This document shows, one piece after another, positions 1-12,509 of a stretch of 64,000 bases of DNA. How positions within the stretch are numbered: position 1 is the first letter of the stretch; every line of letters begins with the position of its first letter. Made by a program: the position numbers and the translations under genes. The notes beneath the pieces were generated by a model, which did not search any database, was not told the DNA's origin, and saw only the letters and a program-made list of their open reading frames with translations. The stretch comes from Lama guanicoe (Eukaryota): contig MU054212.1 of the NCBI GenBank assembly GCA_013239625.1, positions 4,498,270-4,562,269 on the forward strand, given 5' to 3'.

Positions 1-2486
1 CCATGAAAATTGTTTCAGAATATGGTTTTGGATTTTTTTTTTTTCTGTAGAACTTGCTGGACCTTGAGAAGATTCAGCAAATATCTGGGAAATCTTATAA
101 GAACACACTTACTGTGTGTATTTGTGAGGCATTTGTGGCCTGGATTTAACCTTTTGGGTGTCAATTTTTCTTTGATGTAATTTAGGATTTAATCAAGTTT
201 TTGATTTCTAATTTATTTTAGTCTGGATATGAAAAATAGCTAGTATACTTTTAGTGGGAGATTTAGTGAAAACTGCCAGTAACAAATCAAATTGCGTTTC
301 ATGACAAATTGTTATTTAAAAAAAAATAACAAGGGATCACGTGATCCATTGATCCAAGCAACCCATCTGGACTTTAAAAATACAGCAAAAAGAGGTGCCA
401 CTTAGGAAGACGGAATCTAAGTAAGAGCCTAACATTTGAGTGCGTGATGCACTTGCTATATAATGCTTCTCTTCTCAAGTGGTTGAAGTATAAACGATTA
501 ATTATTATTCATCATTATTACTGATTGATTATAGCAAAACACTGTTATACAGTATGCACTGGAGTAATATACCCCTTCATTCTCTAAATCTCACACCATC
601 TGCTTGAGTTGAATATTTAGAGTGTATTGCTAACTGCATCTACTCCAGATATCACCACAGTACTTAACAAAGCACAATTGTGCGATTCCGTTTCCCTTCC
701 ACAGACTATGAAATCTGTTGTAAATCTTTCTAACAAAGGGCTGTGTCCTGATTGTGACATCAGTAAGCGAGGTTTTACTCCTTACTGATAAAGAACAGCT
801 GAGCTATACCATCCTGAAGGTAACAAAAACAGGGAAATTAAACTCAATTGGACATATCCAAAGTTGTACTAATCTCGAACACAAATTTTAAATAGGCTTC
901 TTTATAAAAAATCGTATCTCTATCCAGTAAAACTTAAATCACTGATTAACATGGAATCTCAATGGGGTGATTCCAGGGAAAAAAGGACAATTTCCAAAAG
1001 AGATAATGGCAGTGTGTCCTTGCTGAGACATCTGTCCTACCCGGAGGTCATCAGGTGCTTAGAAAGCATAGAATCTCCTCTTAGGAGAAAGATGAACCTC
1101 TTTAATACAGTTAAAAACATAATTCATATTTCTGATTGTCTTGAAACAACCAATATTTTTGCCCCATAGACAAGTATTTGATTCTCATGTAAACTAATTT
1201 GTTTCCATGGTGAATAATTCATACTCTGGGACACCAAATCTGCTTTAGGGAATCACTTTTTTGTTTATGACTTTGTGTTTTAGAAGAGTTTTGTTATAAC
1301 TATGAATCAGTTTATTTCCTTAGAATTCTCGAATTCCAGCAATTACTTTTAGAATAAATTTGTTTTCAAACTGTGTTCCACAAAGTGCTAGTGATTCAGT
1401 GAGGACCATGACGGGCTGCCTAAGACGGCTGGACCAACAGCCGTTCTGCCCCAACAGCCGTCCTGCCCCAGCCCACACTGGGCTGCCAAGGCAGACTCTA
1501 TTTAAACATAAAAAAGAGAGAAAAAAACCAAAACCAGAATCCAAAATCTTCAAAGTCCCTGAGTTAGAATAACAAACAGAGGAAAAGTCATGCTATAACA
1601 TACATTCATTTCAGTATCTCAAATCATTTCTCTTTGGAAACATATGAATTTATTGGACAAGTTGTTAGGAAACCCGAGTGAAACATCTCATTTTGTATTT
1701 ATCCAATGTGTGAACTTTCAGGTTTAAGGCTTCACATCTGTGGAAAAAAAGGATGGATCAGCCAAATCCTCTCTAGCTTTGAAATAAAAATTTTTAATAA
1801 AATTAACTCTGATACAAACAAGTTGCATTTGTTCTTTGAGGGTTATATTTGAGCTCAATTTTCCTATACTATTAATAAATAATTACCTCACATGACACTT
1901 ACTGTTAGTCAACGTGAGAACAAATGTCTGTGTGCAACTTATTTGGATATTTATAAATACCCTCATGTTTGTTTCCAGTGAACAGTAATTGCATATTTGT
2001 GACCCAAGAGATTTTCAGGCCCAGGGAACTATTGGTGGCATCTTAAGCAATTAGCTTTTGTAGAAACCTGAAAGAATTCAGAGAATTCATAAACCTTTTG
2101 AAGGTGCCCAATTATCTCTCCCATATTACTCTACAATTAAAAAATAAATTTGGTTCTTTATAATTTACAGTTTGTTATTTACCAAATTTAGAGTTGTCTG
2201 AAAAATTTCATTGCACACATTTGATGGAAACATGAAGTATGTTTTCTTTCCTCAAAATACATGACTGTTCATCTTTATTGCTTTGTGGATTATTATGAGT
2301 ACAAAATTTAGCAACTTTTATTTCCTATTTTGCCTTTTAGGACTTTAGGTAATAAAATTTGGTCCTACATATGCTAAATTATTAAAATGAGAAATTTCAT
2401 GTGATTTCCTTTTAAAGAACTGCAGTGTTAATTTAGCAAAAAATTTTGGAAACATTTGGTTTTTGCTTTTTTCTCTTTCCTTCTCC

Positions 2487-2745
2487 TGAAAATAGCACAC
2501 ATCATAAGTACACAGTTCTGTGAATCTTCACAAAGTGAATGCACCCCTATGACCATATCAGAAAACAGAATATTACCAGGACCCTAGAAAGCCCTGTCAG
2601 GGTCCCTCCCAGTCACTGCCCCTCTCCAAGGGTGACTTCCACCATGACATCTAATATCAGAGAAGCCTGCCTGGTTTTAGACTTTGTAAAAACAGAATCA
2701 TAGAGCATGCCCTCTGGCTGGCTTCTCCAGTTCAACCACTTGTTT
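2487..2745 (-). mobile_element. Ancient L1 (L1MC/L1ME-type) 3' UTR fragment
   Basis: Degenerate reverse-complement L1M 3' end motifs (catcataagtacacag...ttcacaaagtgaatgcaccc...cccagtcactgcccc...gcctggttttagactttgtaaaaacagaatcat). Confidence 0.75.
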
Positions 2746-3239
2746 TTTAATTGGTTTGTGAATTTGCACATAAATATGAATTGTTACTGCATATTTTTCA
2801 ATAGTCAACGGTCAAAAAATAGTAGTTGAACTGTTTAGGGGAAAATGTTCTTACAAGTGTTGTACAGACATCTGTTTTTCATTATTACATATTATTTCCA
2901 TCTAAGGCAGGATCTTCTATCCTAATACACAAAGCCCAGCTGAAAGTAAATGATGTGTAATCGGAGAATAACCTAACTGCAACCAAATGTAACCAGGCTT
3001 CTCGTTCCACAGCTTTCAATCTCAGGGCGCAAACTCCATCTTAGAGATTCCACAGAACAGAGTGAATAATGAGACATACCGCATATGTGGGGCAGAAAAT
3101 AAAAGAATTTCATCTATGTGAGTTTTGAATTGTCAAAGAAAGTTAAATAGACTATATATTATGCTAATTCCAGGTTAGTATTTATACATTCTTCTTCTTT
3201 TCTGACTTGCAATTTGATTGGCTATTAATTTTATTTCTA

Positions 3240-3370
3240 CTGCTTGACTGTGTCCGGGCACCTTAGGCGGGGAGACATCTGTGTCTCACTTATTTTTGTA
3301 TGTTTCAAACTTAGAGTAACATTATAAATCAAAGTAGGTGCTTGTTAAGTGTGGTCTAAATTAATAAAAT
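3240..3370 (+). mobile_element. L2 3' end fragment
   Basis: gactgtg...ggcggggagacatctgtgtct...agtaggtgcttgttaagtgt resembles the L2 terminal consensus. Confidence 0.55.
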
Positions 3371-4590
3371 GCCAACATTCCCATTTTTCCAAATCATGCA
3401 ATAATAAATAGTCAGAATCTTTATTTTTGCATTTAATCTGTAAAATGATACCATTAATATTGATTCTGTCTTGTTACAGTAAAATCTGTCATTTCTGAGG
3501 TGCAGGAATATTTTTTTGTTCTATGTAATGTTAAGTCCCTGTGTTTTTCTCTTTTAGAGTAAATAAACATTTAAAAATATTCTTGAATTTTCAAACAATA
3601 ACTAAAGCTAATGTGCTTTTCCAAAGCCCATGAAGTTTCCTTTGCCAACAGGAAAAAAATCCAAGAGAAATGCATAATTCTCTATCAATATCTAAATCAA
3701 TACATAATCATAGCCGAAAATGCTGAAATCCGATGGATTGATCGGTATTAATCTAGAATGCATCTATGGCTGCCAACCTTTGCCATAGAAATAATCAGCG
3801 AACAGGCCAGTGGCTAGAAAAATGCATTAAAAAGAGAAAAAGAAGATAATCAATCGGCTAAATAATTCCATCTCATGAGAGAAAATGATGAGATATATGA
3901 AATTCAATCTTCAGGTATATTGCTAACTTACAGAACGTCAATATAACAAAGTAAACATATTTTCTTTCTTTGCTTTTTTTTTGCTGTAATTCAGTCTACA
4001 AAATAAAAATAAATTGGAGAAGAAAATTAAAGGAGTTATTTTCCTGTTTCTTCTACTCATAGTTGATTTGAAACTGTTTCATGAGACAGACAAGACAGTT
4101 CGTCAGCAGAGCTGGATCTAAGTGACTCAGTTTTTATCCTACAAGAAGAGTCTTTATTTGAATTCCCAGCCCACTGTTTTTCTATGAATGTCAGTTTGTT
4201 TAGATGTACTTAACATCGTTTAAGTGTTAGTGACCTTGCAAAGGATGCCACGTGCAAATCTTTCCCTTTCAACCTGGGAAGTCGTTAGTTAAAAGCATCT
4301 GGGAAATATGGTGGAGATTAGTCTCCTTGTCTAATCTTCCTTCTCAGTGCAGCCATGCTCGAGCTTTATGGCAAAGCAGAGGAAGAAGCAGAGAAATCAG
4401 AGAAGCCAGCAAGCAGATGGCTTAATTGTCAAGTCCATCCTATCCATCACTGGGCCATGTGCTATTTTGGCAGCGCAGAAAATGTTATTTCTAGGAACAG
4501 CATGAACCGCTACGAAAGCCAGCAAATACACTTTTGTGGTAGCACCACTGGCTAGTGACATTAAATGCCGCAGCCTGAGATAATAAGAAT

Positions 4591-4670
4591 TTTACACCAC
4601 AGGTAGTGGTATTAAGCGTTTAACATCACAGGTAATGGTATTAAATATTAACATCACATGTAGTGATACA
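4591..4670. repeat. Short degenerate tandem repeat, ~28-bp unit, ~2.7 copies
   Basis: cacaggtagtggtattaagcgtttaacat / cacaggtaatggtattaaatattaacat / cacatgtagtgatac, read directly. Confidence 0.75.
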
Positions 4671-5197
4671 GATACCTTTCCTTCTTATTCCATCCTAAAA
4701 AAACAGGGGAACTCTAAGGTTATTCTCATGTGTTTTCATGACCACTTTCAAAATGTAAGATATAGTGTGGGTTTATTAAACATTAGCTATAACATTTACA
4801 CACATACTAAATTTCACTGTTAATTTTAATTTTTAACTTGAGCTTTTAGTAATGTCTATTTTTTTCCAGGATTATGAAAATTTATAATGGAGGACTATAT
4901 TTTGTCATAATCAGATAACATAAAAAAGTATTTATGGTATAGACCAATCCACAGAAAATGACGGATAATAGGCTGCAGTGAAAGCTTCATTTTTGTCAAT
5001 GATTGGATTGATAATGAGTAATAGTAAACCAATGTATTGAAAAGAGGACTATTACATCACTTAAGGAACTTATATTTGGAAGGTTTGTGGTGTTGCACGT
5101 GAAAAAAGAGAGAGATGGGGGGAGGGAAGTGATATATTAAAGATACTACATTAAATTTCAGCTTTGCAAAAAGTAGTTAATACAAACACATTCATAT

Positions 5198-5449
5198 AAA
5201 AAAAAAGCAGCAGACTCACAGATAAAGAGAACAAAGGAGTGGTTACCAGTGGGGAGGGGCAATAAATGGGTAGAGGAGTAAGAGGTAAAAACAGTTATGT
5301 ATAAAATGAGCTACAAGGATATATTGTACAATACAAGGAATATAGCCAATAAATGGAATCTAAACTTTAGAAATTGTGAATCACTATATTGTACACCTGT
5401 AACTTATATAATGTTGTACATCAACTATAACTCAACTTAAAAAAAAAGA
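5198..5449 (+). mobile_element. 5'-truncated L1 3' UTR (laurasiatherian/cetartiodactyl type) with A-tail
   Basis: cagactcacagataaagagaacaaa...gtggttaccagtgggg...aaggatatattgtacaa...gaatcactatattgtacacctgtaact...tcaactata followed by poly-A. Confidence 0.88.
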
Positions 5450-5885
5450 AACCCACTTGTAAAAAAATAAAAATATAAATAAATATAATTATATTGCATA
5501 TATAATTACTGCCTACATATATTCAAACATGATTAATACAAGAAGTAGTCCTTTTTTTTGGCAGGAAGAGAATAAAATGTCTGTATTTAGTATAAAATTA
5601 TATACAAACTGTTGGGTCTGTTTACTTGGCAAACATCATTTGCTTTCGTTGAAATAACAAGAGCTTCATGTCTGTAAGTTCAGAAAGTCATCATGCAAAG
5701 AAAGGCCATTATAATTAAAAACACAACTAATATATAGTAAATAACATAAAAAGGGAGCTTTTGAAGTAGTAATTTTTTTGATTTTGAAAACGATTCACCC
5801 TATTTGTATTTCTGAAATATTAAGTCATGCCTATGATCTATTTAAATATGATTTAAATATTTGCATCTCTAAATGTCCTTATTTT

Positions 5886-6307
5886 ATCATCATTCTAAGT
5901 GAAGTAAGCCAGAAAGACAAATACCATATATCACTCATATGTGGAATCTAAAAAAAGAAAGAAAAGAAAGAAAAGAAAAAAGAGGACACTAATGAACTCC
6001 TCTACGAAAGAAAGACTCACAGACATAGTAAACAATCTTATGGTTACCAGGCAACGGGGGTGGGAAGGGATAAATTTGGGAGTATGAGATTTGCAAATGT
6101 TAACCACTATATATAAAAATAAATAAAAAACAAATTTCTTCTGTATAGCACAGGGAACTATATTCAATATTGTAATAACCTTTAATGAAAAAGAATATGA
6201 AAACAAATATATGTATGTATATGCATGACTGGGACACAGTGCTATACACCAGAAATTTACACACTGTAACTGACTGTACTCCAATTAAAAAAAAATTAAA
6301 AAAAAAA
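5886..6307 (+). mobile_element. Young 5'-truncated L1 3' end, camelid-like subfamily
   Basis: attctaagtgaagtaagccagaaagacaaataccatat...ctgtatagcacagggaactatattcaat...gcatgactgggacac...tatacaccagaaatt...actgtaactgactgtact followed by A-tail. Confidence 0.92.
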
Positions 6308-8299
6308 CTTGTACAGATATAGTCTCTTTTTGTTCGTTCCCACAGAACAGTAAGTCGGTCCAAAAATTATGACTATTTTATTGAGGGAGAACAAGGATTT
6401 GGTTAATTTAAGGTCCACACAGGAACTTGTTAGAGGGGGAGTATGAAAGGAGAAAAGGAGACGCCATTAGCAATTGCCAGCTGTCTGTCTGGCATCTTTA
6501 TGTAATTAAGCCAAGGTCCCCACATCCTCTGGCTACTGGGGTCTACCTTCCTTCACTCTCTGAGTGGGGATCATAGATCACACCAGCAGGGCCTGGGCTT
6601 CTCTTTCTCCTCACAGAAGCAGTCTCTTAGGCCAAAATTCTACTGCAAGGGATTTGCTCAGTTTCCCATGCAAGAAGCAGGAGAAGCAGAGAGGCAAGAA
6701 GCTCACAGTTGTGTGGTTTCCATCAAAACCCAGACCTAGCCCACGCCCTCAAGGAAGGCTGTAGTCTAGTAACACCCTAGGATCGTCCGGATTTGAGGCA
6801 AAGGAGACAATCTTCTGGCTCTTGCACTGATCTGTCATTGCGGCTGGGTTGGGGGCATAAATTCCTCCCCGATTCCTGCTCTCCGTGATGCCGAGTACCA
6901 GGCCTCCGAGAGCAGCAGGCTGAAGCATTCAGCTCCAGCTGCACTGAGCTGGAGGTGGCTGCGGGGATCACCCACCAGTCCAGGGGCCTCCGAGGACACC
7001 ACCTCTGTCGGATGTAGCCTCATTTCTCATGAGCGTGGGAGGTCCAGCTCCCCTTCTTTATTTCTGAAGAGTCCCATCAAGGGTCTGTCTTTTCCTGGTT
7101 GTTGCTTATTTCCTGTCCCTCCACTGACACTCCTTTGGTTTTGTCAGTTGGCTCCCCTGCCCATCGGGAATGGCCACTCGGAGCTGTAACCCCGCTTCTC
7201 TGGTCAGCTCTGCCCTGAGGGTGAGCACAGGCCTTTCTCTTTAATCACCGTAACACACTGAACAAGGCTGTGCAGTGAATGGACTTAACTAAATTTTTAA
7301 GATAACCTAAAAGAATTACCAAGCAGAAAAAGAAACCATAACTGGCTCTTAAGTGCTACGCGCTGCCATTCCTTACCATTCCTTGTTCTTCCTCCGTCTT
7401 CCTGAGATCGGAGATGCCCCCCGCCCCCCCAAATAAGATATGAATCTTCCTCTTACCTGGCACATTTAACAGACCCTTTTTAAGACACTATAAGAAGTTA
7501 GCAGAAAAAAAATTACAATTATCTATTCAAAGGAAAAGGAAGATCATCCTTTTTATTTATTAAATAGAATTCGTAGAGCTCAGTCTCACATATGCACCAC
7601 AGGGTACTCTCTGTCTTCATGTTTTCTAAAGGAACAGTGGCTAGGTCCTAGCCTTACCTCTGCACCTCTCAATACGCACATGAAAGGCTTACCCAGGGCC
7701 GATTTCAGCTTAGACCCTAGAATGCCTTTTAAAAATCAGCGGTTTTACTCCTGACTTATCTATACATCCCGTCTTTTCCACGTCATAGGAGAAGATAAGC
7801 CTTAACACTTTCAGTGCCTTTTAGAAATCACGTTGTTACTACGTGGCAGGGCTAGGATCCCGCCTTGGTTCACCTGACTCCAGATGCCATTTCACTCTTT
7901 AATGTAAAAAATTATTACAGTGCCAAATTTTGTCTGATGTTTGCGTACCATTTTTGGAGGATTTTGAGGCCATTTGGCACAAAGTGTGGGCTCTTGGGAT
8001 ATTCTAAAAAACTCTCCTTTGTTTGGAGAATGTCCCTCATTCTGAATCTTGCCTTTCTAAGACAGGAACTAGATGGCTTTCCAATCTTCCTAATAACTTG
8101 AACTTGAGAATATAATCCTGAAGCCAGAAGCTCAAAGGTAAGACTTTGCTGCAGAAGGGAGCAATGTAAAGAAGCAGGTAGGGCCCTATGGAACCCATCT
8201 TTGAGAGAACGTGGTGGTAAGGATGGCTGGCTTTTTGGGGCAGCATTGGTGAAGATTCCGGCAGTCAGTTCCAAGCCTCCATTCTATAAGCAATGGGCT

Positions 8300-8463
8300 A
8301 ATTTCCAAATGACTGACTTGGGGATAAAATTCATAATTACCTCTGTGGGTGGTTAAAAGGATTAAATGAGATGACGCATGTACCGTGCTTAAAAGTGTGC
8401 ATGGCACAGTATAAACCCTCAGTATAAATTAACTTTCATGAAGATGATGATGATGATGATGAT
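8300..8463 (+). mobile_element. MIR 3' half with (GAT)n tail
   Basis: acctctgtgggtggttaaaaggattaaatgagatgacgcatgt...gtgcttaaaagtgtgcatggcacagta...ctcagt matches the MIR core/tail. Confidence 0.8.
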
Positions 8464-8469
8464 TGAGTC

Positions 8470-8790
8470 ATTCTGAAACCCTTCAGTGAATCCCAGATTT
8501 TTCAAGATAGAATTCAAACACCATATCTCATGCCACAAAGGTCTGTGTTAACAAGGTTTTGCCTCCTTTCTTTCCAAACTTTTCCTTCCTCCACACCAGA
8601 TAAAAGGATTTTGCATGAGTTAAATCCACCTACTTCCAGTTTCTGAATATACAATGTATTTAGAAGTCTCAGTACCCTCATGCATACTATCTTTTCCTGA
8701 AAATTGCCCTATTCTTGACTCTAAAAGTTGCTTGTCTTTCAAACAGAACTATCTCTGCGAAGCTTTTGCTGACCCAGTTTGGACTGATGC
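8470..8790 (+). mobile_element. L2 fragment
   Basis: aaacccttcagtgaatccc...tagaattcaaaca...tacttccagtttctgaatatac...atctctgcgaagcttttgctgaccc resembles the L2 3' region. Confidence 0.55.
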
Positions 8791-8885
8791 TTCCTCCTGT
8801 CTGATTTCATGGTGTGATATGTCTTTCTCCAACTCACCTTTTAGTAAGTCATTGGACATAAGCATTTTTCTCTCCACTGCTCTTC

Positions 8886-9006
8886 TTCTTTTTTTTTTTT
8901 TAAATTAGGTTTATTTATTTATTTTAGAGGAGGTACTGGGGATTGAACTCAGGACCTCGTCTATGCTAAGCGTGTGCTCTACCACTTGAGCTGTACCCTT
9001 TCCCCC
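8886..9006 (-). mobile_element. tRNA-derived SINE (camelid Vic-like) with target-site duplication
   Basis: Reverse complement reads gggggaaagggtacagctcaagtggtagagcacacgcttagcatagacgaggtcctgagttcaatccccagtacctcc plus A-rich tail. Pol III box A (cagctcaagtgg) and box B (gagttcaatcc) are present. TSD ctccactgctcttc (8872-8885) / ctccacaactcttc (9006-9019). Confidence 0.92.
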
Positions 9007-9359
9007 TCCACAACTCTTCCTGAGAGTATGAAATCTGTCTTACTGGAATGATCCTGCTACTCCCTTAATCTCAGAGAACACTATTAAATCAAAACAGTTT
9101 AATCCGAGATTTTTAGTAGAATAAATAGGGAGACCCTGAATCAAAATAGTTAAATTGATGAGAGCATCATTCACTCCCTCTCAGAAGTGTTACGAGAAAA
9201 ACCTATTGTTTATTTTCAAACGTGCAAATCTTCCCTTATAGACACAATGACAAAATGAAGTCATCAGTGTCTCCCCACACAGCCTTGCTGTCTCCCTCTC
9301 GAGCCCAGAAGCTTTCTACATTCACTGTGTCTGCTTCTTCATCTCCCATTGCTCTTCAG

Positions 9360-9790
9360 GACATTTCAGTCTGGATGCGCCATCCGTCCCATTACGCCAC
9401 CAGGCACTTCTCACCATAGTCACTGACGGTCTCTAGGTCATTAAGTCTAAGGGGCGTTGTCCATTTCTCTATGTGCTAGACTTGGCATCTACATTAAAAA
9501 AAGCTGAAACATTTTCTTCCCTTTGCCTCTATGCTCCAACACTCTCCTGGTGTTCCTCTCACATATCTCTACCCTCTTTTCCAAGCTCAGCCTCTCTTAT
9601 TGCCTGTAAATCTTAGAATTCTTCATGACATGATCTGAGGCCTATATCTCTTTATGTTAGATAGCCAAAAAATTTCTTCTATGACTGTGGCTTGAATGTT
9701 TTAGATACTGGTGACACTCAGAGCCTAGAACAGGGTCGGACACTCAGAAGACAGTCAATTTCTGTTTGTTCAGTGGATGATTGAGCACAT
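9360..9790 (+). mobile_element. L2 fragments (ORF2 remnant and 3' tip)
   Basis: ttctcaccatagtcactgac...aaacattttcttccctttg...acactctcctggtgttcctc are L2 ORF2-like; cctagaacagggtcggacactcagaag...tgttcagtggatga is the L2 3' tip. Confidence 0.65.
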
Positions 9791-12172
9791 GAACAAAGCA
9801 TCAGAAAGCTAGAATGAGTTCCAGACCTTGAGGTGAGCAAGAAAGAGCCGAAGAAGGCTTTGAACAATAGTGGAGGCCCAGTGTGGCTGTATTATATGAC
9901 TGGCATCTCTGATACGAGATTAGCTTTCGTGATTGCTGAAAACTATTTATCTCCAGGAGGTGTGTTATTTAATAACTCAGCCCATCTGGGAGCTCAGCTC
10001 TGCTCGTGGTTTGCAGCTCATGCTCTACTTACGACCTACAAGTCTGGGCAGAATTGACCACATGGCGCCTGTTCGGCTGAAGCCCTGAGTTCAACTTCAG
10101 GCCTCGGGCGCAGGAAAGAAACAATAGGGAAGGCCGCCTGTTGTTAGCAGGAGGCGGGTTTTCCCCAGGGAAGCAGCAAGGCCTGAGGAACACAAAGGCT
10201 CATGGGCAGGTGTGGCATCTTGCCTGGAGTGGTCAGCGGGCAAAGCTAAGAAAGAAGGGTTAGGAGTGAAAGGAATCAGGAGTCCTTGCTGTAACGTCTG
10301 TTGTTGACTTTCACGCACAGACACTGCGGTGTCCTTCGGGCTAGGGAGCTCGCACTTCAACTCCAAGGGCAGTGGATTGTCCTAAACGAGAATGTACACT
10401 TCAGGGGTCTTCACTGGCAAATGTCAGAAAGGCCACATGCCAAAACTATACTCTGTGTAAGTGCCATATAAATATTGTGTATAATGCGTGCAATATTCTG
10501 TAACAAAGAGACCAGGCGCATGCAAGAGACCAAACCTGATTTCCCCAGAAGCAATCAGACTCTACCATTTGTTGAGGAAACAGAGGTGAGTATGGCGGTA
10601 TCTAGGTTGCATGACCTTAATATTTAGAACATGTCTAAGACCGAGAATGCAGCCTGAGGCCTAGTAAGTACTGGACAAATGTGTCTGGATGAGGAAAAGA
10701 ATACATTTAGTCTTTCATTTTTAAAGGTAAATATTTCTTTTGTGAATTACAACACAGAAGGGAGCCTTCATCAGTAGGTGACCCAGTTCTCACGGCCTGG
10801 CATTCTGGTAAGTGCTTAAACATGCATACTGGAGGAATGGATGTTCATTGGGAAAAACAAATCAGTGAATGAATAAATTTAAAAAGCCATTAGATTCTAA
10901 ATACTAAAGTACATCATGATTGAACAAGAAAATTATACGATGGGTGAATAGATGAAAGATAGATTCTTTAGGAAGCATTTTTTTTCTATTGTTAGATAAG
11001 TAAGATGGTAATAAAATAATATGTCTCAACACTTCATACCTACTGCACTCATTTTACAAAAATTAAGATTAGAATAGATTTTTAAATATTGGAAAACAGG
11101 CAATAGCACATGTCTAATGTGAAGGTAAGAGAGAAAAGGAGTGACTTCCTCTTGAGAAGTTTCGTTTTATTATTAGTGGTTCCTTAGTATGGAGGAAGTA
11201 TTCTCACAAAGTAAAAGTATTTTCACAATGTTGTTTTTGACCTGGTCCCGTTAAAGACTGTTACCAATAAAGCCTCTCACAATTTCTGGAACAAAGGAAG
11301 AGGTAGTGCACTTAAGAGGTGAAGAGTTAGTGATGCCATGATGTCATCTGGAGAGACTACGTGAATAGTGTAACTCATTTCTGAGCCCTGTACTCCTCGG
11401 GTCACCAGCTGGAGTTGATATTCTAGACTAGAAGTCCAGAAACGTGATTGCTGCTCAGCTGTTGAAAGTTGTTTAACGTAAAGGAATTAACACAAACTAA
11501 TCTCACAGGAGACTCACACATAAAATAGTACCAATGAATGGTTTTATATTACTGCATGGATTTGCCCAGTGTCAAGGAATTTAAATAACTTGGATTTGTA
11601 ACTGTGGAATTACTTGGTATGCATGAAATCAGAACAAAGGAAGTAGAACTTTCAGAGTTTTGTTTTGTTTTGTTTCCTATCTAGAATGAATTACCCAAGG
11701 CTATAACAGAGCATGTATCTCCAGTGACTATAAAGTTCTTGTCTGCCAGGTGTGGCAGGAAGGAGCAGAAGGGTTACTAATGAGTGGTGATAAATACATA
11801 TTTTCAGTTTTTGCAGCAGATTGAGAAGGAAATGAGTTTCAATTACATGCATTGGTTGTATCTCTAGAATTGATTACATAGTCACACTTTAACTGGCTTA
11901 AGAAATACACTTAGAAATTTGGGAAACAGAGAGTAAGCAGAGAGTTTATAAAAGGTGTCTCTTATCTTGAAAAAAAACTTGGGAACGCTGTGATTTCATT
12001 CTGACTCTAATGTGAAGACCCGTTCTTAGACTTCCGTACTGCTCGACCCTTTGACTCTGACATGGTTACAGTCAGCTTAGGTCACAATTCCAATTACTCT
12101 TCCCCACAGAGATAATTTACCTGGAAACTTTGTTCCTGAGTGCTTCCACTACGTTGACCCATACATACAGTA

Positions 12173-12357
12173 CACTGGTTCTCTAACTGTAGTGAATGTA
12201 AAAATCATTCGGAATGTGTAGTGAAGTTCCCAGTTCCCAGTTCCCATACTTTCTTACCGTAAAGATCCGTCTGAACCTCAGGAATCTGCACTTTTAACAA
12301 GTACCTCAAACAATTTTAGGTGAGTAGTCCAGGAAGCAGGATTTGTGAGAAACCCTC
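12173..12357. mobile_element. MER5-like hAT-Charlie MITE
   Basis: Ends cactggttctctaact ... tttgtgagaaaccct with the internal motif ctcaggaatctgcacttttaacaagtacctc. Confidence 0.7.
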
Positions 12358-12490
12358 ATACACTACTTGCATTGTATCCCAGGTGTCCATCTGCCCCACA
12401 TTTCTTTGTTGTTGGCTAGTCTGGTGTCTGTTCCCATCCCGAGGACTAACTGGGTAATCCTGGAGCTAACAACCTAGCCTGAAGGTAAAC

Positions 12491-12509
12491 TGGCGCCCAC
12501 TGGTGCCCA
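12491..12509 (-). promoter_or_regulatory. Candidate CTCF binding motif
   Basis: Reverse complement TGGGCACCAGTGGGCGCCA closely resembles the CTCF core TGGCCACCAGGGGGCGCTA; it sits in a 10-bp tandem unit. Confidence 0.45.

Noticed and set aside
6323..6355. Acceptor followed by 4 nt and GTAAGT (4-nt micro-exon)
   Set aside because: Its upstream intronic context is a young L1 tail; most likely a chance match.
8920..9006. tRNA-like sequence
   Set aside because: It is the head of a SINE with A-tail and TSD, not a tRNA gene.
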